A stretch of DNA of 56,153 nucleotides from Candidatus Enterousia sp. Lineage in GTDB: Bacteria; Pseudomonadota; Alphaproteobacteria; Rs-D84. The notes under the pieces are model-generated. The model made no database searches and was not told the origin of the DNA. It was given only the letters and a program-made list of their open reading frames with translations. A program made the translations under genes and the position numbers. Position 1 is the first letter of the stretch; the number at the start of each line of letters is the position of its first letter. The stretch spans positions 1 through 56,153 of the forward strand of contig JAZQRR010000018.1 in the NCBI GenBank assembly GCA_045629645.1. Direction: 5' to 3'. Shown here piece after piece: positions 37,789 to 48,205 of the stretch.

Positions 37789-38511
37789 ATGAGAAATTTA
37801 GGCATTGTTTTTGTATGTTGCGGTTTTTTGGCGGCCTGTGCGGGACGGGACACAACTGCTGCCATGGATATATCGTTACCACAGATTTATGAAAATGCGT
37901 ATGCTGAATTTAATGATGCGGATTATGAACAAGCGGCGTTGGAATTTTTAAAGGTTGAATCAACCTATCCGGTCAGTCAGTGGGCGCCAGATGCGCTGGT
38001 TATGGCGGCGTATTCGTACTATATGGATGATGATTTTGCAGGTGCATTATTGGTAACTGACAGATTTATGCGTTTTTACCCTGGACATCGTGATGTTGCG
38101 TATGTAATGTATTTGCGTGGTATGTGTTATTACCGTCAGGTCAGTGATGTTCGTCGTGAACCAGGGATGAGTGCGTATGCCTTGCAACAATTCCAAAGTT
38201 TGGTACAACGTTTCCCGCGTAGTGAATATGCGAAAAATGCGGAAAACAAAATTATTATCTTGAAAAACTATATCGCTGGCAAGGTTATGTATGCAGCGCG
38301 TAATGATATGCGTCAGGAAAATTGGACCAGTGCAATTAATCGTTTGCAGTCTGTGATAACAGATGCCCAAGAAACAGTCATGACGGCCGAGGCTTTATAT
38401 CGTTTAACGGAATGTTATACTGCGATTGGTATGCCGGAACAGGCATATGGATATGCAGAAATGTTACGTAAAAACTTTCCAGATAACGAATGGACCAAAA
38501 AATTAAAGTAA
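37789..38511 (+). CDS. bamD: Outer membrane protein assembly factor BamD
   Basis: Lipobox LAAC; TPR; YP.S.WA, RF....P.H.DV.YV.YLRG, ..FP.SEYA..A, EALYRL.E.Y. Confidence 0.92.
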   Translation: MRNLGIVFVCCGFLAACAGRDTTAAMDISLPQIYENAYAEFNDADYEQAALEFLKVESTYPVSQWAPDALVMAAYSYYMDDDFAGALLVTDRFMRFYPGHRDVAYVMYLRGMCYYRQVSDVRREPGMSAYALQQFQSLVQRFPRSEYAKNAENKIIILKNYIAGKVMYAARNDMRQENWTSAINRLQSVITDAQETVMTAEALYRLTECYTAIGMPEQAYGYAEMLRKNFPDNEWTKKLK

Positions 38512-38524
38512 AAAGGATGTTATT

Positions 38525-39598
38525 ATGCGTAGATTATTCTGTGCTTTGTTTGTTGTCTGGGGGGCTTTTTCTTTGAGAGAAGGTATGGCTGTGGTTTGTG
38601 ATGAGGACTATATTGAAAGTATTGATATTCGGACACCTGAATCTACTAATCTATTATATAGAGATATTTATGGTGATAGTACGAATAAACTTTATCTGGA
38701 TTTTACTGACCAAATCAAAACTTCTTGCGGTTATAGTCATTGTGTAAAAAGTTGCCCCGCTGGTATTTCTACGAATTCTCAGGGCTGTTGTGTCTATTAT
38801 GATGGAAACCTCTACGGCTATCCGTATATGTATACATCTTCTAGTTGCGACGAAATTACCATCAATCCTAACTGGACTCTAAAGATACACATAGATTATC
38901 GTTGTAGTGGTTACGATTGGATTCTTGGTGGTACTAGTCCATACAATTCGTGTTATAGCTATGTAACACAACAAACAGCAATGTGTTTTGATCCAATAGA
39001 TGATAGCTCTTCTTGTACAAATTCTGGTCAAACCATATATTGGGATTCTACATTAGAAGACATGTGTAAAAATTTTGCGAAACGTTACGATAATCAAGCA
39101 ACTCATTATTTGATAAGTTTTGAGAATGAAGAGAATACATATACTCAAAATAATTATAAGTTGGTGGACGACAAATGTTTGACGACAGGAAACTATGAGC
39201 CCTGTGAACCAAATAAAGATAACAAACTGGGATATGTGAAACAGAAATGTAAACGATTTTATGTTAAGCTAACGTCTTGTAGTAATGGTTCTACTACTAA
39301 GACAATAAATTGGGGGAGTGAAGATTATATATATGTATATTTTAAGTCTTCGGAAAATTATATAGGAATGCGCAAGTATACCAAAACAAATATAACAAAT
39401 TATACAAAGACCTATTGTGAAGAAGTAACAAAGGACGACTGTTATATTACAGAGACGCCAAAATCAGGTATGGATGATTTCGGGAACTACTGGGAATATG
39501 TTAAAGTTGAAGACGATAATAATGCCGGCCAATGTTATTATAAAGCGGAAGAAAAATATTGTCAAAATCCAGATAGCAAGCCGTGGTGTTGGAAATAA
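38525..39598 (+). CDS. Secreted Cys-rich protein; paralog of 27516-28610
   Basis: Signal peptide; QTAMC...IYWDS...THYL...DDCY...DDFGNY...GQCYY..EEKYC. Confidence 0.78.
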   Translation: MRRLFCALFVVWGAFSLREGMAVVCDEDYIESIDIRTPESTNLLYRDIYGDSTNKLYLDFTDQIKTSCGYSHCVKSCPAGISTNSQGCCVYYDGNLYGYPYMYTSSSCDEITINPNWTLKIHIDYRCSGYDWILGGTSPYNSCYSYVTQQTAMCFDPIDDSSSCTNSGQTIYWDSTLEDMCKNFAKRYDNQATHYLISFENEENTYTQNNYKLVDDKCLTTGNYEPCEPNKDNKLGYVKQKCKRFYVKLTSCSNGSTTKTINWGSEDYIYVYFKSSENYIGMRKYTKTNITNYTKTYCEEVTKDDCYITETPKSGMDDFGNYWEYVKVEDDNNAGQCYYKAEEKYCQNPDSKPWCWK

Positions 39599-39637
39599 AT
39601 CAAGGAAAATTAAAAAATCCCCAAAATGGGGATTTTT

Positions 39638-40084
39638 TTAAGATATTTTTTCAATTCGGCGGATGCGACGTTCTGTGTTGTCAAATGGGCTTTCCAAGAA
39701 TGCTTGTACGCATAAAAATGCAACCTCGATATCAATATCGTCCGCAGCCAATGCCAATACGTTGGTGTCGTCATGAAAACGGTCGTCGCGTGCCTGATTT
39801 GGTGTATTGCAACGTGATGCGCGAATGTGACGATATCTGTTGGCGGCAATCATAACGCCCGCACCTGTGCCACATATTATAATGCCACGGGAATTTGGGT
39901 CGCCAGCCATGGCGTCTGCCAATGTCGCAGCAACGTCCGGATAATCAGCAGAAGTGTTCGGATCGTCAACACCCAAGTTTACAGTGTTATATCCACTGGC
40001 AGCCAACATTTCAATCAAATATAATTTTAAACTGACACCGCGGTGGTCGGCCGCAATATAGACCTTGGATACTGTTTTGTTCAT
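39638..40084 (-). CDS. rpiB: Ribose-5-phosphate isomerase B
   Basis: IAADHRG..LK, DYPD, GIIICGTGAG..IAAN, NVLAL, RR..RI. Confidence 0.93.
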   Translation of the reverse strand: MNKTVSKVYIAADHRGVSLKLYLIEMLAASGYNTVNLGVDDPNTSADYPDVAATLADAMAGDPNSRGIIICGTGAGVMIAANRYRHIRASRCNTPNQARDDRFHDDTNVLALAADDIDIEVAFLCVQAFLESPFDNTERRIRRIEKIS

Positions 40085-40431
40085 TCTTCCATGTCCTTTC
40101 TTTTTGATAATTTACATTCCAGTCCTGTGTTGCCGGTAATGTTTAATGTTCGATATGATAATGTGCCGGTCATTTGCGCAGCACTGAATACGTTTGCGGT
40201 ATTTACAGTCGCCGGACCATCCAATGTGCCGTGTAAAAATAATATTGGGGTTTTTACTTCACCAATAACACGACCGCCACGACCAATAACGACAGTTTCT
40301 GCAACGATGTTGCCAACGACTTCGCCGTGAATTTGTACGGTATGATCTGTCTTGATGTCGCCCGTCAGTTTGCACCCTGCCCCGATAATGGTTGGTGATT
40401 GTTTTTCCGAAGAATTAGTAAATGCCAGCAT
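40081..40431 (-). CDS. Bactofilin (polymer-forming cytoskeletal protein)
   Basis: TIIGAG..LTGDI.....VQIHGEV.GNI....VVIG..G.V.G beta-helix pattern. Confidence 0.88.
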   Translation of the reverse strand: MLAFTNSSEKQSPTIIGAGCKLTGDIKTDHTVQIHGEVVGNIVAETVVIGRGGRVIGEVKTPILFLHGTLDGPATVNTANVFSAAQMTGTLSYRTLNITGNTGLECKLSKRKDMEE

Positions 40432-40434
40432 TTT

Positions 40435-41712
40435 TTAGTTTCCTTTTACAAATTTTGTTGGATCAAATGGTGTTCCCTTGTATCTGATTTCATAGTGTAA
40501 GTGCGGACCTGTTGAGCGGCCAGATGACCCCGCCAAGCCAATGACCGTACCAGGTCTGACCCAATCGCCACGCGATACCATTATTTGCGACAGGTGTGCG
40601 TATAATGTTGTAAAGCCCAATCCATGGTCAATTTCAACTGTTGTGCCATATCCAACGCGTTCGCCCGCAGATATTACACGCCCCGGGGCAACAGCCAGTA
40701 ATTCTGTTCCAATTTTCCCAGCAAAGTCAATGCCACGGTGCTTCTTGGGCTTGCCAGTAAATGGGTCGTTGCGCGTGCCATAATTTGATGTGATGCGTGA
40801 TTTAACAGGTTTGACCAATGGTAATACTTCGTTCAGGCGCTTTAATCCGTTCCAACGTTCCAGACCATCAGCCAATTTTTGATATTTTTCATTTGTGTCT
40901 TTGTCGAATTCTAACGGATTAAATGCCGCACCAACAATCGGGCTGGAATATTTATTTACGTTACGTATAAGTGTTTTTTCCGTTAACCCCAATGTTGCAA
41001 GTGTGCTGTTGATGTTTTTTATGCTTTTGTGTAAATCTGCCGTTTTATCGGTTGTTAATGTGTCAACCATGTCAACAATGCTGTTGTCTGCGTCGGCAAT
41101 TTGTAACATACTGTTGACCAGTGCTGTATTGCGTTTCTTTAATTCTTCGTTTTCTGCACGTGTCAATTCAAATTCTGCGGACAGTTCGGACATCTTTGTG
41201 TATTCTGGGACAAAGTCTTCGTCTTTCAGCATCTCTGTAACACGGGTGCGTAAAAATTCTAATTCACCCCATGTTTTTATGCGACTGTTCATTAATTTTT
41301 CTTTGTCCTTATCTTTTAATGATTTGTCGTTCAGGACTTTGTCGTCAATAACATTTAAATCGCGTGCTAAATCATTGTACTTCTTTAAGTATGTTTGTAA
41401 ATCTGTCATGTGACGGTCGTGATTTGCACGTGCCTCTTCCAATTGTTGTGTGCGCATTTGCAATAAAGGACGATGATATATAAATACATATGTGGACCAT
41501 GATGCCCATATAATCAGCCCCAGTTTGCCACAAAAACGGGTAAAACGCCAAAAACTGCTTTGGTCGAAAGTATAGACGTTACCGCGTGGTGTGTCCATCA
41601 CAGTAAACTGACGGGGTGGGAATAAATGCACAATCAAACGCCATATTGCACGAAATGGCGATGTGATAAATGCCCACAGGGATGTAAAATGTCTGGTTAT
41701 AAAATTTATCAT
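40435..41712 (-). CDS. M23 family peptidase (TM + coiled coil + M23; LmdC-like)
   Basis: ITSNYG.R.DPFTG...KHRGIDF, YAHLS, GRSTGPHLHYEI; adjacent to bactofilin. Confidence 0.93.
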   Translation of the reverse strand: MINFITRHFTSLWAFITSPFRAIWRLIVHLFPPRQFTVMDTPRGNVYTFDQSSFWRFTRFCGKLGLIIWASWSTYVFIYHRPLLQMRTQQLEEARANHDRHMTDLQTYLKKYNDLARDLNVIDDKVLNDKSLKDKDKEKLMNSRIKTWGELEFLRTRVTEMLKDEDFVPEYTKMSELSAEFELTRAENEELKKRNTALVNSMLQIADADNSIVDMVDTLTTDKTADLHKSIKNINSTLATLGLTEKTLIRNVNKYSSPIVGAAFNPLEFDKDTNEKYQKLADGLERWNGLKRLNEVLPLVKPVKSRITSNYGTRNDPFTGKPKKHRGIDFAGKIGTELLAVAPGRVISAGERVGYGTTVEIDHGLGFTTLYAHLSQIMVSRGDWVRPGTVIGLAGSSGRSTGPHLHYEIRYKGTPFDPTKFVKGN

Positions 41713-42395
41713 TTCTGCCCTAGTCTAGACAAAATATCTGCAATAGTCAAGCCATCGCGCAAAATAGGCTCGTAATTCATAGGTATGCCATTGTATATTT
41801 TTGATATGCCTTTGGTGCCCAGACGACCCGATATTAAAACGCGTTCCGCAATATTCTTGGTGCCAAACAGTGGTAATATAGTAATGTCTCCCAATTTTTT
41901 ATCCATTTCAGATATTACAGATGCAACAGTTGATGCGTCTGTTATTATGCAAAATGTTCCCATCGGTTTTACGCGCGCAATACAACGCGCAACCCATTTT
42001 GATAAATTTGCATTGTGATGGGCATTGTGCTTTGCAGGGGTGCCGTAAAAGTAAGGAGGATTTGTTACAACCAAGTCAAATGTTCGATTCGTACGCCACT
42101 GCTCGATATCTGTATTTATTAATTCTATATTGGTGGAATTTAGTTCTGCGTTTTGTTCGCATTGATTCAGCATTTCAACTGAAATGTCCAACCCTGTGAT
42201 TTGGGCGTCAGGGATGTGTGATGATAAACATAGTGATACACCACCCGTGCCAATGCCAACGTCCAAGATGGTTTTTGCATCGACAGACGCTGCAAATGCG
42301 GCCAGCCATACCGCGTCAGATGTCGGATTGTATGTGCCGCGCTTGAATTTTACACGCCCGCCAATCAGACTAAAAATTTCTTGTTTTGTGCTCAT
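41709..42395 (-). CDS. SAM-dependent methyltransferase (tRNA1(Val) A37 N6/YfiC-like)
   Basis: DAVWLAAF, ILDVGIGTGG, FDLVVTNPPYF. Confidence 0.85.
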   Translation of the reverse strand: MSTKQEIFSLIGGRVKFKRGTYNPTSDAVWLAAFAASVDAKTILDVGIGTGGVSLCLSSHIPDAQITGLDISVEMLNQCEQNAELNSTNIELINTDIEQWRTNRTFDLVVTNPPYFYGTPAKHNAHHNANLSKWVARCIARVKPMGTFCIITDASTVASVISEMDKKLGDITILPLFGTKNIAERVLISGRLGTKGISKIYNGIPMNYEPILRDGLTIADILSRLGQK

Positions 42396-42435
42396 ATGAC
42401 TTTATAATAAAGCATTGAATAAAAAAGGCAAGTTT

Positions 42436-43419
42436 ATGTTAGAAGATTTTATTGTTGTGCAAAGCGCGGTCAGTGCATTTAATAATATGGCCTTGTTTGG
42501 ACCGGTGTTTGTTTGGTTGGGGCTGTTGATGTTGCCTGTGTTTTTTATAGCATATAAGATGCGCGATGAAATACTGAATAAAATTGGATGGAATCGTAAT
42601 AATATTACAGAATATGCAACAATGTGGACTGTGTCCTTGACAGGGGCTTGGGTTGTCTTGATTGGGGGCGATTATCAAATCTTGCGCGATAATTGGTCGA
42701 TATTACCAATGATGTGCGCAGTGATTTTGTTTCTGGTTTCTTTGTTTGTGTCTTCGCATTTGCGCCAGCATACTGTTCCTGAATTACGTTGGAAGTGGTT
42801 GTTGGTATTGCTTGGGCTGTTCGTTGTTGGACTGTCTGATATGCATGCGTGGTGGGGACCATTGTTACAGGTCGGTGCCGTGATCTTAGGACTGGCGTTG
42901 GGACGTGTAGCACCTGCGCCAATGCGGTCTGTTGCTGGTACGGTTTTGATTGTATTGTCAACAGTTATCGCGGTTTTGATGCAACCAGAATTCTTTCGAT
43001 TTGGACAGTTGGGAAATTTAACTGTTCTGCATTTGTTTGTTTTGTTGCTGGTCGGTGTGCTGGCAATGATGGTGGTTGCAACAAATAATGTGCGCGCCTG
43101 TGGCAGAATTAAACGACGTTTTTATGTGAAATTTAAATGGTTGATGCGCGTTGTGTGTTTGTTGGGCGCAGCGTTGTTTATGCTGACAGAAGCTGTGCCG
43201 GTTTTGTTAGGAACAATGGCTGTTGTTTTTATGTCTGTCGCAATGTCTGTATGGCATATGAATAAGATATCTGATGGCGTGTCAAGTAATCTGTTTGCCT
43301 TGATGTTGATAGTGTTTGGCGTAATGACAGTTATGCCTGTGATAACAATTATCGGAATTTTGTTGTGGCGCCCAGAAACAGGACGTGCAGTTTGGCAAGA
43401 TGTTAAGCACTTGTTATAA
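42436..43419 (+). CDS. Polytopic membrane protein of unknown function
   Basis: About 10 hydrophobic segments. Confidence 0.75.
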   Translation: MLEDFIVVQSAVSAFNNMALFGPVFVWLGLLMLPVFFIAYKMRDEILNKIGWNRNNITEYATMWTVSLTGAWVVLIGGDYQILRDNWSILPMMCAVILFLVSLFVSSHLRQHTVPELRWKWLLVLLGLFVVGLSDMHAWWGPLLQVGAVILGLALGRVAPAPMRSVAGTVLIVLSTVIAVLMQPEFFRFGQLGNLTVLHLFVLLLVGVLAMMVVATNNVRACGRIKRRFYVKFKWLMRVVCLLGAALFMLTEAVPVLLGTMAVVFMSVAMSVWHMNKISDGVSSNLFALMLIVFGVMTVMPVITIIGILLWRPETGRAVWQDVKHLL

Positions 43420-43501
43420 TTTGTTATATTTATTGAATACAAATTTTTGTATAAATGCAGTATTATTACGTGTAGTAAATGAAATATAAGGTAGAGTTAT
43501 T

Positions 43502-44296
43502 ATGGCAATACATCCAACTGCAATTATACATGAAGGCGCAAAAATTGGTGCCGATTGTAAAATAGGACCTTTTTGTATAGTGGGACCAAATGTTGTACTG
43601 GGCGATCGTGTAGAGTTAATTTCAAATGTCGTTATCGATGGAAAAACATCTATTGGTGATGATTCTATTGTATATCCTTTTGCTGTGCTGGGGGTTATGA
43701 GCCAAGATTTGAAATGGCAAGAAGAATCTGCGATGACTGGATTGCGTATCGGAAAAAGATGCAGAATTCGTGAATATGCAACAATTCATTCTGGAACACC
43801 TGCGTCTGATGGTACGGTTATTGGCGATGATTGCCAAATAATGGTTAATGCACACGTTGGACACGATTGCAAAGTTGGTAATAGTGTGGTTATGTCTAAT
43901 TTGGTTCAGGTCGCAGGACACGTGGAAATTGAAGACTTTGCAATTTTGTCTGGCGGTGTAATGGTGTTACAGTTTGCGCGTATCGGGCGTAATGCCTTTA
44001 TAGGCGGGATGAGTGGTGTTGGTAACGATGTGTTGCCTTATGCAATTTATGATGGCGCACGCGCTGTTTATCGTACAATTAACCGTGTTGGACTGATGCG
44101 TCATGGTTTTACAAATGATGATATGCATGCAATACATGCTGTGTATTCTGCTGTGTTCCGTGACGGCGAAGGTACTGTTTCTGAACGCTTGGCCAAGATA
44201 CGCAAAGAAGTAAAAAATAATAAATATGCGATGGATGCAATAGATTTTATTGAAAATCGTTCTAAACGTGGAATTGGCACGGCAAAAAATGCATAA
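43502..44296 (+). CDS. lpxA: UDP-N-acetylglucosamine acyltransferase
   Basis: IHPTAII..GAKIG, QDLK, IRE..TIH.GT, AHVGHDC, GHV, hexapeptide repeats. Confidence 0.96.
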   Translation: MAIHPTAIIHEGAKIGADCKIGPFCIVGPNVVLGDRVELISNVVIDGKTSIGDDSIVYPFAVLGVMSQDLKWQEESAMTGLRIGKRCRIREYATIHSGTPASDGTVIGDDCQIMVNAHVGHDCKVGNSVVMSNLVQVAGHVEIEDFAILSGGVMVLQFARIGRNAFIGGMSGVGNDVLPYAIYDGARAVYRTINRVGLMRHGFTNDDMHAIHAVYSAVFRDGEGTVSERLAKIRKEVKNNKYAMDAIDFIENRSKRGIGTAKNA

Positions 44297-45428
44297 AAAT
44301 AATCTGAAAATTTTTGTTATTGCAGGCGAAGTTTCTGGGGATGTGTTAGGTGGACGTATAATGGAAAATATGCCAGATGTACAGTTCGTTGGTATTGGTG
44401 GTCAAAATATGCAAGCCCAAGGATTAAAGTCGTTGTTTCCAATCGCTGACTTGGCTGTTATGGGCGTGATAGAGGTTTTAGGTCGTGCACGTACGCTGAT
44501 GACCAGAATTAATCAGACTGTTGATGCGATTATTGCTGAAAAACCTAATGTGGTTTTAACAATCGATTCCCCAGGATTCGCTAAAAGTGTTATAACAAAG
44601 TTAAAGAAATCTGACGCAGGGCAAAAATTAATAAAAAACGGCTTACGTTTCCATCATGTTGTTGCACCTCAGGTTTGGGCGTGGCGACCAAAGCGCGCAA
44701 AGAAATATGCAAAGTTATTTGATAAGTTGTACGCTTTTTTTGATTTTGAACTGCCCTATTTTACAAAATATGGTCTGGATACTGTCGCGGTTGGGCATCC
44801 AATTGCAGATGGTTTGATTGGACGAAAAGTGCAGACAAAATTTAAATCTGATAAAAAAATTATAACTTTGGTTCCAGGCAGTCGTATGTCCGAAGTAAAA
44901 CGTTTGTTGCCATTAATGCGCGATGTCGCAGATACTTTGTTCCGAAATGGTTATGTCGGATATCAGTTTGTTATACCAACAGTTGAAACCACGCGAGAGT
45001 ATGTTCGTACACAGGTTGAAAAATGGCGGATTAAACCAATATTAGTAGATTCTGAATCGCGTTATGATGTTTATTCGCAAACTTATATTGCGATTGTTGC
45101 CAGTGGTACCGTATCGGCAGAATTAGCGATGTTGCATATACCAACAATTGTTGTGTATAAGATGAATAAGATAACCAGTTGGCTGATAAAGCGTTTTATC
45201 CGTGTTCGTTGGGTTTCGTTGGTTAATATATTGTTAAATCGCAGTGTGTATCCAGAATTTTTGGGACCAGATGCGACCGTCGATAATGTGTTAGGGGCCG
45301 TCCAACAGTTGACAATCCCAAGTGTGCGTTCCAAGATGACAAAAGTGCTGACCGAGGCTGATGATTTATGGTGTCGTTCTGTTGGTGGTGCGGGTCAACA
45401 AATTGCTAGTTATTTATATCAGGCATAA
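44289..45428 (+). CDS. lpxB: Lipid-A-disaccharide synthase
   Basis: AGEVSGD.LG, IDSPGF, APQVWAWR, VGHP, PGSR.SE, SGT...E. Confidence 0.96.
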   Translation: MHKNNLKIFVIAGEVSGDVLGGRIMENMPDVQFVGIGGQNMQAQGLKSLFPIADLAVMGVIEVLGRARTLMTRINQTVDAIIAEKPNVVLTIDSPGFAKSVITKLKKSDAGQKLIKNGLRFHHVVAPQVWAWRPKRAKKYAKLFDKLYAFFDFELPYFTKYGLDTVAVGHPIADGLIGRKVQTKFKSDKKIITLVPGSRMSEVKRLLPLMRDVADTLFRNGYVGYQFVIPTVETTREYVRTQVEKWRIKPILVDSESRYDVYSQTYIAIVASGTVSAELAMLHIPTIVVYKMNKITSWLIKRFIRVRWVSLVNILLNRSVYPEFLGPDATVDNVLGAVQQLTIPSVRSKMTKVLTEADDLWCRSVGGAGQQIASYLYQA

Positions 45429-45453
45429 AAAAAACGCCAACAGGCGTTTTTTT
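45428..45453. terminator. Bidirectional terminator
   Basis: AAAAAAACGCC-AACA-GGCGTTTTTTT. Confidence 0.8.
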
Positions 45454-47978
45454 TATTTTATTCCTTTTGGTATATAGTTATCAACAGAATCTGAATTACA
45501 TATTATTTTATCTTTGTCAATCTGTGATTTAGATAAATTCTCTGGACATACTTTATTATCTGGAGTCACGTTGTAGATTGTGCACCATAATATATTATCC
45601 GAAGATGTACTGATATTTGGTGAATACATTGTTTTGTTATTGGTTGTGCTATCGGATATGATACACGAAAAAGAGTCTGTTTCTGTGTAAGGAAGGTCTG
45701 TTGAGGTATTATTTTGTGTTGACTGTACTTTATTGATTAACATTAATGCCTCGCATTTGACGGACTTGCCGTTGCGGCTACGACGACCACCGTTTTCCCA
45801 ACATTGACATGCACCCCAAGATTTTGTGTCCACGTCCTGGCTGTAATTTGCAGGACATATGTTTTCTGTGTTGCTGTTATAACCGAAGAGCGTGAAAATA
45901 TCTTTATTTTTATCTATATTTATAACGCAAGAATCATCATAACGGCTTGTGTCTATGTTTTGTGCTTCTGTGAATCTGCCGTACATATTCGAACATTGGG
46001 CCGATAATAATGAAGTTATTTGATTATATACTTCGGTCGCAACGCCCGAAGAGCGTAAGTTGCGGTTTCCTGTGTCGTTTAAACCGTATTTATTATCAGG
46101 ATGTTTATCGAAACCGCCGAATACTTCTTCTATAATATTTTCGTTATTACATGCCGCGATTTCTGTTAATTGTTGCGCACATCTGGATAGATATGTTGAT
46201 GTATTTGTTGATGTTTTGTCATATAATGAAAACCAATCAGGTGCATTGCCCGGTTCAAATAATCCGCTGTATGGATAGAAGAAGTTTTCATAATTTGTGC
46301 CGCCATATTGGTCAAAGCAATGTTTTACAACTGCGCGGCAGGCGGTTTTTATATCTGTTTCTTTCTGGTTTTCAACATATTCTTGAACAATGTTTCCATC
46401 AAACATATTATTGCAAGAATCAATGTATTCTGTACACATTGCCGAATTTAGTTCGATTTTATCAGGATTGATTATCAACGAACTGTTTGTTGTTAAACTT
46501 TGCATAGCGTCTGTTATTGAGTCGTTGCGACTGGCGTAACATGTTGATACAAAATCAAAACAGCCCTGCTTTATCTCGGCAACTTTTGCGCGTTGGGCGT
46601 AATATATGTCAAGCAATGCCTGATCCAAGTATTCTGACCATACTGTATCGGCGTTTTCTGTACATTTATCCAGTGCATCAAGTGCAAAATTTTTGGTGCG
46701 ACTGACAAAGTTATTTACAAAGGTTCTGTTCGTAGGGTTTTTTGATAGTTTTTGTTCAGCTGCTTCGATGCCATCGCTGAATGTCAGCAAACTTTCCAGT
46801 TTATAAAAGTCGGACACGCCAATAATTGGTTTGCCAGTTGATATATCGATATATTCCCCATTGTCCAGACATTTATGGTAATTTGCACCACATACTTCTT
46901 CGCTTTGTATTGCCGCAGACACATTGTTAATGCATGTGGTCATATCGGATGAATTATGTTTTTGACGATTCTCGATACGTGCCAAGTCCAGCATTGCACT
47001 GCTTTCACGTACAGCGGATTTTAATTGTTTTTGGGTGTTTTCAATTGCGTTTTGAACTGTGTTACAGTCTTGTTCTATTGCCATTAAATAAGCGGTGATT
47101 GCACGTTGCAGGGATGCGTCATTACAATCGTTCATAACCGCAGTTCGACATTGTGGATATACGGCTTGATATAATGCCATACCGTTATATGCGGCGATTG
47201 CCTGCCCCATATCGGTCATGCCAAATGCGTTCACGTTATCAAATGATATATTGATACTGTTTAAATCAGAGTATTTGCCACCAACATCCGTATTGTCACC
47301 GCGAATAGAATTCATGATAGCCTGTAATAATGCCTTGGATGCGGATTGGTCGGATGTTAAAGCGTTTTCACCTTCGGATGCTGTTTTCATCGCAGTTGCC
47401 TGGGCGGCAGTCATGCCAACAACAGATAGGTTTTCAGTAAACACAGTCAATTGTTCCCCTGCCTGTTCCAGTGTATCGCGCGTTTCCATCAGTTGAAATA
47501 CGCGGTCGTTACAAGAACAGCGGCGATAATCGTCATTTTTTAAACTGCAAAATTGATCCATACAAGAAAAATAAGTGTTTTTGCATTTTTCATACTCTGC
47601 ACCTGTACGTGTTTGCTGTGTAGATGTGTCTGTTGTGGCCGCGCGCGAAACAACAGATTGTTTGGTTCTGGTGTTTATGTCAGATGATGATACGGTACGT
47701 GGTGTGCCAGTTGTTTTTGTCGTGTTGCGTTTTATAGAAATGTTAGTTGCCGTACGGGTATTTGTGTTTTTTGCACCGCGTGCAACCGTTGTTTTTGTGC
47801 CTGTGCGCGGTACCAGTGTGGTTGTGCGTGGCGTACTGTCACGACGTACGCTGGTTGCAACACGCGACTGAGATGTATTGTTTTGTGCGCGTTTTGTTGT
47901 TGTTCCATCACGAACAGCCGCGTTGGCAATGCCAGCGCACAATAAAGAATTTATAATTAAAAATAGAATTTTCTTCAT
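45453..47978 (-). CDS. Large secreted protein: Arg/Thr-rich linker then Cys-rich helical region
   Basis: Signal peptide; low-complexity basic region; C...YFSCMDQFC......RC.C and many Cys pairs. Confidence 0.8.
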   Translation of the reverse strand: MKKILFLIINSLLCAGIANAAVRDGTTTKRAQNNTSQSRVATSVRRDSTPRTTTLVPRTGTKTTVARGAKNTNTRTATNISIKRNTTKTTGTPRTVSSSDINTRTKQSVVSRAATTDTSTQQTRTGAEYEKCKNTYFSCMDQFCSLKNDDYRRCSCNDRVFQLMETRDTLEQAGEQLTVFTENLSVVGMTAAQATAMKTASEGENALTSDQSASKALLQAIMNSIRGDNTDVGGKYSDLNSINISFDNVNAFGMTDMGQAIAAYNGMALYQAVYPQCRTAVMNDCNDASLQRAITAYLMAIEQDCNTVQNAIENTQKQLKSAVRESSAMLDLARIENRQKHNSSDMTTCINNVSAAIQSEEVCGANYHKCLDNGEYIDISTGKPIIGVSDFYKLESLLTFSDGIEAAEQKLSKNPTNRTFVNNFVSRTKNFALDALDKCTENADTVWSEYLDQALLDIYYAQRAKVAEIKQGCFDFVSTCYASRNDSITDAMQSLTTNSSLIINPDKIELNSAMCTEYIDSCNNMFDGNIVQEYVENQKETDIKTACRAVVKHCFDQYGGTNYENFFYPYSGLFEPGNAPDWFSLYDKTSTNTSTYLSRCAQQLTEIAACNNENIIEEVFGGFDKHPDNKYGLNDTGNRNLRSSGVATEVYNQITSLLSAQCSNMYGRFTEAQNIDTSRYDDSCVINIDKNKDIFTLFGYNSNTENICPANYSQDVDTKSWGACQCWENGGRRSRNGKSVKCEALMLINKVQSTQNNTSTDLPYTETDSFSCIISDSTTNNKTMYSPNISTSSDNILWCTIYNVTPDNKVCPENLSKSQIDKDKIICNSDSVDNYIPKGIK

Positions 47979-48105
47979 CTCTGATGAAATCTTAGCAAAT
48001 TTATAAAAATAAGTGCAAGTGAAAATAATCTAGAAAACAATTTAAAAAAATGAATTTTTCTTGTTGCATTTGTTTGTAATTTAAGTTAATATTTGTTCGC
48101 TTTAT

Positions 48106-48192
48106 GGGCGTATGGCGGAATTGGTAGACGCGCTAGTTTCAGGTACTAGTGGTAGCAATACCTTGGAAGTTCGAGTCTTCTTACGCCCACCA
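48106..48192 (+). tRNA. tRNA-Leu(CAG)
   Basis: GGGCGTA/TACGCCC acceptor, CTAGT-TT-CAG-GT-ACTAG, long variable arm, CCA. Confidence 0.95.
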
Positions 48193-48205
48193 TATAAAGT
48201 TTTTT

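Noticed and set aside
11111..39640. AAAAAATCCC...GGGATTTT hairpins as a mobile repeat family
   Set aside because: Loops and inner stems differ and all lie at gene ends; best read as ordinary intrinsic terminators
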